The translations under genes and the position numbers were made by a program. A stretch of DNA of 64,000 nucleotides, taken from Candidatus Terraquivivens tengchongensis (GTDB taxonomy: Archaea > Thermoproteota > Nitrososphaeria_A > Caldarchaeales > Wolframiiraptoraceae). Under the pieces are notes generated by a model that saw nothing but the letters and a program-made list of their open reading frames with translations, made no database searches and had not been told where the DNA came from. Shown here piece by piece: positions 58,499 through 64,000 of this stretch. Numbering within the stretch: position 1 is the first letter of the stretch; every line of letters begins with the position of its first letter. The stretch is from contig JALNJZ010000001.1 of NCBI GenBank assembly GCA_023261845.1, positions 1 to 64,000 on the forward strand, in the 5' to 3' direction.

Positions 58499-59221
58499 CT
58501 ATAAGAGATCCAAGAACGACATAACCTTACACTTTAACCCCAGCCTCTTCTTCAGCTCCTCTGCACAATTTCTGACGGAGAATAACGTGAATATTCCCAC
58601 GGTTTTTGCCTTCGACTTTTCGACGAGTCTTACCATCGCCTCGAGAGTTGCACCGGTTCTCATTATGTCATCAACTATAAGGACGTTCTCGTCCTTCTTG
58701 ATAGAGCCCTTAGGTATGTAGAAAGTCTTAAAGAGGACTGGTGAGAATATTGCCTTCTCCTCGAGGAATTCCTCCACACCAACCTCCTTGGTTCCCTTTG
58801 CTACCACGATGGACTTGACGCCAAGCTCGTTCCCTAGCTGTATCGCTATCGGTATCCCATCAACCGCAGCTGTTAGAATCTTGTCCACCTTCACGAGTTC
58901 GAACTCGCTGGCTACACTTCTCGCGATAAGTTGCTGAAGACCGGCATCGTAGCAAACTGAAGTAAGGTCGTAAGCGCCATTCCTCTCTATGACCTTTGAC
59001 TTGAGCATATCGCGGATGTAGTTTTCCTTGAAAGTCTCTATTATCATCTCGGCCTTTTCGATGCTAGGTATTACATGGCCGTTTATGTATCTGCTCAAAA
59101 CGCTCGGCGGCAAGTCTATCATCTTGGAGATCTCCTTGTACGTAAAGTTCCTTTTCAGAACCCTCAGTATCTCTACGGCGAAGATCTTTTTCTTCATCGA
59201 GGCCAGTTTGTTCACGGACAT
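58499..59221 (-). CDS. HTH-phosphoribosyltransferase (PurR-like archaeal regulator)
   Basis: TYKEIS..IDLP.SVLSRYING..PS HTH; VLIVDDIMRTGAT PRPP loop. Confidence 0.85.
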   Translation of the reverse strand: MSVNKLASMKKKIFAVEILRVLKRNFTYKEISKMIDLPPSVLSRYINGHVIPSIEKAEMIIETFKENYIRDMLKSKVIERNGAYDLTSVCYDAGLQQLIARSVASEFELVKVDKILTAAVDGIPIAIQLGNELGVKSIVVAKGTKEVGVEEFLEEKAIFSPVLFKTFYIPKGSIKKDENVLIVDDIMRTGATLEAMVRLVEKSKAKTVGIFTLFSVRNCAEELKKRLGLKCKVMSFLDLL

Positions 59222-59333
59222 GTTAAGCTTGGATGCATTATTTATAATTTCTTAATATTATGTATAGCAAAACAACGTATTGGATAATCCCGCACTCAAG
59301 CTTTATCTTAAACCGTGCCCAACCTTATGCTAA

Positions 59334-60215
59334 ATGACTCTGAAGCAACTTTTTGAGCGTGCAAAGCTAGTTAAACAGAGATTACAGGAAGAAGAGAGTA
59401 GCGAGAGATTTAGGGAGTGGTTGAGTAGGGCAAAGGATGTCTGGAAGTCGTATAAACCTAGCAAGGTTGAGAAGAAAGTTGCGGCGATCGATAGCGGATG
59501 GAACTACAGAACATATTGTGGTTTCTACCTATATGCCATCAGGGCTGTGGCCGTTGCACAATCGTCAGAAACTGTTACGGACCCCATAGTTGATGTTGAT
59601 ATACTACCTATGGAGGACGATGGGTCCGGTATAAGCCCCGAGTTGTACATACAAGGAATTGCGGAATGCTATGAACACGATTTAGCGTCAAAGGTGGCAA
59701 ATCTCTTAGATATAGTATTGGTCGATGGGTCCATTCTGGCTAGGCTGAATGCTATGCGTACCTTAAGCAGAGTCAAGCTCTTCAGGGAGTACGCCGTTTA
59801 CGTCAGACCGCTCAAAAATGCGAAGAACATCCTATTCGTTTCGAAGTACTCCCAAGACAGGAGCCTTGTACATGGAGCGCTTGGAGACGTATATTACATC
59901 AACAGGGTAACAAACAATATCGGGTACACGGAGCCCATAACGTTTGAAAGGGACGGGATGACGATATCGGTCTTCTACGTTAGGTTGTCAAAGAATTCTG
60001 ATGCGATACATGTGGAAGTTCCTGCGATAGTTGACTTAGAATATGTCAGGTCTGTAATTGACGCGCTATATAACACAGCAGTTAAAGGATACCCGTATGC
60101 CCTCATGGTCGCTCACGAAATAGCATCACTACCTAACGACTTCATGGACATGATCAGCGAGGTGGCTGGGCTTTCCGTTCTTCCGACGGCCAGGGAGGTG
60201 CTTGAAGTTGGTTGA
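59334..60215 (+). CDS. nurA: NurA 5'-3' nuclease
   Basis: AAIDSG, LVDGSI, GYPYAL..AH; coupled to herA. Confidence 0.88.
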   Translation: MTLKQLFERAKLVKQRLQEEESSERFREWLSRAKDVWKSYKPSKVEKKVAAIDSGWNYRTYCGFYLYAIRAVAVAQSSETVTDPIVDVDILPMEDDGSGISPELYIQGIAECYEHDLASKVANLLDIVLVDGSILARLNAMRTLSRVKLFREYAVYVRPLKNAKNILFVSKYSQDRSLVHGALGDVYYINRVTNNIGYTEPITFERDGMTISVFYVRLSKNSDAIHVEVPAIVDLEYVRSVIDALYNTAVKGYPYALMVAHEIASLPNDFMDMISEVAGLSVLPTAREVLEVG

Positions 60216-61695
60216 GATCGGGATCGTAGTTGGCGAGGCACGACCCGAATGGATACAATTCTTCGCCAAAGACGTGGTAAGGGTCGGAGAATTCGTCACT
60301 GTGGATACTGTTGATGGACAAGCCCTGTACTTAGTAGAGTCCTCTAAGCTCGAGAGTAAACTCCTGTCAAGAGTACATGACTACATAACGGCGATGGAAG
60401 CAAAAGAGGCGAGTAAAGTCAACCCTAGGGATACCGTTAGGTACTGTACCGCACGAGCTGTCGGACTGGTTAAAGATATCTTAAAGGGCATACGTGTTTA
60501 TCCTACGCTACCACCCGATCCAGGCTCGCCCGTATTTCTGGCCGAGGATGAGCTATTGAGGAGAATATTTCATAACGATTCGAAGGAATGGGTTGAAGTC
60601 GGAAGGTTATTGAGGAGGAACAGTGTCACGGTTTCTGTCAACTTGAACAAAGTCGCCTCCAGGCATCTTGCAATATTGGCGGCCACGGGTAAGGGAAAGT
60701 CGAACCTTTTGGCGCTAATAGCAAAAAGGGTAGCAGAGAAGAACGGCACTATGGTAATCTTAGACTATCATGCCGAGTACTATGACTTGAAGATTGAGAA
60801 GATGAGGTTTGTATGTCCAAAGATCAACCCAAGATATTTGGATTCCGAGGAGTTAGCAGATATGCTCGATATAAGGAGCGATGCCACAAAACAGAGGGAC
60901 GTACTCAGAAGGGCGTACACCAAGGATGTGATGAGGTCGCCGAATTTCTGGGAGGCTTTGGAGGAGAACCTTAGAAACGAGGCAGAAAACGAGGAAGACT
61001 TCCAAACGAGGGTTACAGCTAGGAGGGTCCTAGAGATAATCGAAAGAAGCCTTGCGATAAAGGGGAACATATTTGACACGGAAGTTGAAAGTCCACTCAA
61101 CCTCATCGAGCCCAACAAAATAAATGTATTAGATCTTTCAGGCCTGACAGAAATCCAAGCTCAGATAATCGTGGCGCATTATCTTACAGAAATCTTGAAC
61201 GATAGGAAAAATGCGATGCTTAAGAGAAAATCAAGGTTCAGATCGCCCGTAGTCATAGCTGTTGAAGAGGCTCATACGTTTATACCACAAGACAGGAGCT
61301 CCAGATGTTCCGGCGTGTTGGCCAGAATAGCGAGGGAAGGTAGAAAGTTCGGTGTATCACTGATTTTAGTCTCGCAAAGGCCGTGTAAGTTAAATGCAGA
61401 CGTAGCAAGTCAAATGGGCAGCTTCGCGATATCTGGTCTAACCCATCCGAGAGACCAGAACTTCGTCATGGAAGTGACGGATGAAGTTTCAACAGAGCTG
61501 GGCGCATCCTTGTCGAGCCTAAACACTGGCGAGATGATATTGACGGGTCAATGGATAACCGTGCCAGCACTCGTTAAAGTGGACCTCGTCGAAGAAAAGC
61601 ACATGGGTATGGATCTGGATGCAGTAGGGTTGTGGGCCGAGGATGCTAATGTAGGACGCAAAAGGATATCAACGGAGGAACTCATCAAGTTATGA
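60202..61695 (+). CDS. herA: HerA helicase/ATPase
   Basis: HAS barrel, RHLAILAATGKGKSN, D.H.EY, EEAH, AREGRKFG, SQRP. Confidence 0.93.
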   Translation: MKLVEIGIVVGEARPEWIQFFAKDVVRVGEFVTVDTVDGQALYLVESSKLESKLLSRVHDYITAMEAKEASKVNPRDTVRYCTARAVGLVKDILKGIRVYPTLPPDPGSPVFLAEDELLRRIFHNDSKEWVEVGRLLRRNSVTVSVNLNKVASRHLAILAATGKGKSNLLALIAKRVAEKNGTMVILDYHAEYYDLKIEKMRFVCPKINPRYLDSEELADMLDIRSDATKQRDVLRRAYTKDVMRSPNFWEALEENLRNEAENEEDFQTRVTARRVLEIIERSLAIKGNIFDTEVESPLNLIEPNKINVLDLSGLTEIQAQIIVAHYLTEILNDRKNAMLKRKSRFRSPVVIAVEEAHTFIPQDRSSRCSGVLARIAREGRKFGVSLILVSQRPCKLNADVASQMGSFAISGLTHPRDQNFVMEVTDEVSTELGASLSSLNTGEMILTGQWITVPALVKVDLVEEKHMGMDLDAVGLWAEDANVGRKRISTEELIKL

Positions 61696-62807
61696 TTATC
61701 GGACACTTATCCGATACACATCTCGGGGCTTATGCAGGAAAGGACGACGAAAGGGAGCAGGATTACTACGATGCATTCCAAGAGGCTATCGAGATATTCA
61801 TAAGAGACCACGTTAGGCTGGTTGTCCATGCGGGCGACATACTGCACTCCTCTAAACCATACGGAACCGCAATGAGGGTTCTTGTGGAGGGCGTTAAGCG
61901 ATTACATGATAAAGGTATACGATTCGTTTTTACTTTGGGCGAGCACGACATATCTAACATACCCAGTACCCCTCATCCCTGCATCCTTAATGTCTTAGGA
62001 TTTGCTAACTACATCGGAACAGGAGAACCGCTGGTTGTGGAAGATATTATCATAGCCGGTCTTCATAAGTACAAGAAGATTGAGAAGGAAAGGTTTTGTG
62101 AGAAGATTAAGGAGGTTGCTAAGAGAGTAAAGCAAATCGACGGAAAAAGGAAAGTTCTCGTATTGCATCAAGGGCTTACCGAGTTGTGTGGATTCGTGGG
62201 CGAAATATCTAAGGACGATATTCCTGCAGATTTCGACTACTATGCGATGGGGCACTTCCATACGTCACATGAGTTTAGGCACGGTAGCAGTTTGGGCTCA
62301 TACCCAGGAGCGACGCACTGGGTGGACTGGAACGACCCGGAGACTTCTTTCGTTAACTTGGTTGACCTTTCTGCTGATGAGCCGGAAATAAGCAAAGTTA
62401 AGTTGGAATCCGTAAGGCCGAGAATGGAGAAGCATGTAAGGTTCGAAGAGCTGGAAACTTTTGTACAGAAGCTGACATCATCGGTGCATAGGGACCGTAA
62501 AAAACCATGCCTCTTAATCACTGTAGATGCTAGCAAACCTTTCGACCCCAAACCTTTTGAGGGATCGCTGAGTGCATTCTACATTACTACAATCAAACCA
62601 GTCTTGAAGGAAATGGGTAAAGAAGTTCTGCATGAAGCCCCTGATGTTGATGCCGAGTTGATGAGGCTGACAGAGGTTGTGTTAGGAAGCAGAGAAAAGG
62701 CCGAGTTCGCGCTTTTCGAGCTGCTCAAAGTCCTAAATGATGAAGATTGGAGAAGGGGTGCTTTGGAATTTGTCTGGAAGACTTTCAAAGAGGGGAGAGT
62801 GGGATGA
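61692..62807 (+). CDS. mre11: Mre11 nuclease
   Basis: SDTHLG, HAGD, GEHD (variant of GNHD), LHQ, YYAMGHFH, YPG. Confidence 0.9.
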   Translation: MIIGHLSDTHLGAYAGKDDEREQDYYDAFQEAIEIFIRDHVRLVVHAGDILHSSKPYGTAMRVLVEGVKRLHDKGIRFVFTLGEHDISNIPSTPHPCILNVLGFANYIGTGEPLVVEDIIIAGLHKYKKIEKERFCEKIKEVAKRVKQIDGKRKVLVLHQGLTELCGFVGEISKDDIPADFDYYAMGHFHTSHEFRHGSSLGSYPGATHWVDWNDPETSFVNLVDLSADEPEISKVKLESVRPRMEKHVRFEELETFVQKLTSSVHRDRKKPCLLITVDASKPFDPKPFEGSLSAFYITTIKPVLKEMGKEVLHEAPDVDAELMRLTEVVLGSREKAEFALFELLKVLNDEDWRRGALEFVWKTFKEGRVG

Positions 62808-64000
62808 TCTTAAGAGTTTTTCTGAATAACTTTACATCGCATAAGAATACGGTCTTAGAATTAGGGCCAGGTCTTCACGTTTTTGTAGGCAGAAATGGTT
62901 CTGGGAAGACTTCTGTTATAGATGGTATAACATACGCGCTCTTTGGTAAGCATGGAAGGGGGAGTAATGCAAACATAGCCAGGGACGGGGCATCCAGAGG
63001 TTACGTAGAGGTTGAGTTCGTGCTCAATGGTAGGACGTACACGGTAGGCAGGAGTTTCGACGGTCAAGGCAGATTAGAAGGCGCTTACTTAAGAGTTGAT
63101 GGAAAACCTTTGGTGATTGGTGAGAAGAAGAAAGAAGATACAGTAGCCAAGAAGATTGAAGAGATTCTATGTATGGGATACGAGAAGCTGAGGGCTTCTG
63201 TAATCATTCAGCAGGGAGAGATTGATAGGATACTTTCATGGCAACCTAGAGAGATAAAAGCATTATTTGATGACCTCTTAGGTCTTAGCGTGATGGAAAG
63301 TGCCTATAGGAAGATGAACGACGTAATCAAGGATTTCGACGAAAGGATAAGGAAAGAGACAGGATACTCAGTCAACGATGTCGATAGAGTCAGTAAAGAG
63401 ATTTCAGAGCACGAACTTGCCTTAAGCAAGCTTAACGAGGAACTGAAAGAGAAAGAACGCCAGCTCTTGGAGCTGAAAGAAAAGCACGATGTAATAAAGG
63501 CTGAGCTAGAAAAGATGGAGCGTTTCAGAGAAGCATACTATGCCGCTCTGTACCAAATCATCTCTATTAAGGACATCATTAGGAGCTGGGTGAGAAAAGA
63601 GAAAGAAGAGCTTAGAAAGTGTGAATTAGCATTAGAGCTGATGAAGATAAAGGATGATGTTGAAAGGAGGACTAGGCTGAAGAATGAACTAAAAGAAGAA
63701 ATCACGAAACTGGAGAAGGATATCGAGTACTTGAAGAAAGAGATCGTGCACGTCGAGGAAGAGAAGGCAGAGTTAAAGAGAAAGTTGGAGGCATTGGGCG
63801 AAGAAGGTTTTAGGGGGAGGGCGTTTTCTGAAATCATCAGGGAGGTCAGCAGCAAAACCGCTGAGCTTGTTGACATGGCCGTGGAGCTTGGCAAGTCGCT
63901 AGCGACAGGTGACGGAAGAGAAAATTCTCTGAAGAAAGATGTGGAGATCAAGAAAGGGGAAATACTCGGGCTTTTTGAGGAGTCCTACAGATCCGGTATC
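62804..64000 (+). CDS. rad50: Rad50 ATPase (5' part; runs off the window end)
   Basis: ATG 62804 overlaps the mre11 TGA; LNNFTSH, GRNGSGKTS, YALFG, Q-loop IIQQGEI, then coiled coil. Confidence 0.9.
   Translation, partial: MILRVFLNNFTSHKNTVLELGPGLHVFVGRNGSGKTSVIDGITYALFGKHGRGSNANIARDGASRGYVEVEFVLNGRTYTVGRSFDGQGRLEGAYLRVDGKPLVIGEKKKEDTVAKKIEEILCMGYEKLRASVIIQQGEIDRILSWQPREIKALFDDLLGLSVMESAYRKMNDVIKDFDERIRKETGYSVNDVDRVSKEISEHELALSKLNEELKEKERQLLELKEKHDVIKAELEKMERFREAYYAALYQIISIKDIIRSWVRKEKEELRKCELALELMKIKDDVERRTRLKNELKEEITKLEKDIEYLKKEIVHVEEEKAELKRKLEALGEEGFRGRAFSEIIREVSSKTAELVDMAVELGKSLATGDGRENSLKKDVEIKKGEILGLFEESYRSGI

Noticed and set aside
1-64000. tRNA/rRNA genes, CRISPR arrays, IS elements, integrases, inteins
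   Set aside because: No T-loop/cloverleaf, periodic repeat-spacer pattern, transposase or integrase ORF was seen by eye. Rgy, Lhr, IleS and TFB have normal lengths, so no intein.

Overview
A dense, mostly core-genome stretch of an archaeal chromosome. Reverse gyrase points to a thermophile. Gene content (rpl18e, Rpo3/Rpo10, TFB, TiaS, archaeal MAT, F420 genes) suggests a TACK lineage, possibly Aigarchaeota/Caldarchaeales; the taxonomy is an inference. I found about 60 CDS and no tRNA, rRNA, CRISPR array, IS element or provirus. The main finding is a three-gene operon at 47.8-50.9 kb. It encodes a short, apparently hinge-less SMC ATPase with SMC5/6-type head motifs, an Nse4-like kleisin and an Nse1/Nse3(MAGE)-like KITE protein, i.e. 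a minimal archaeal SMC5/6-like complex. It lies beside an Lhr helicase and about 8 kb from nurA-herA-mre11-rad50. Other findings: a trpB2-serA / class V aminotransferase module with a TGTACA-N4-TGTACA (TRP-box-like) palindrome; a stand-alone FbiB-C/FbiE-like nitroreductase coupled to cofD, suggesting a PEP-type F420 route; an Archaeoglobus-like reverse gyrase lying between cofD and cofC; two DPM2-like microproteins plus a PMT-family mannosyltransferase; a TatC with a probable CTG start and a fused zinc ribbon; and an Mre11 with GEHD in place of GNHD. All calls come from motif recognition by eye; no searches were run.
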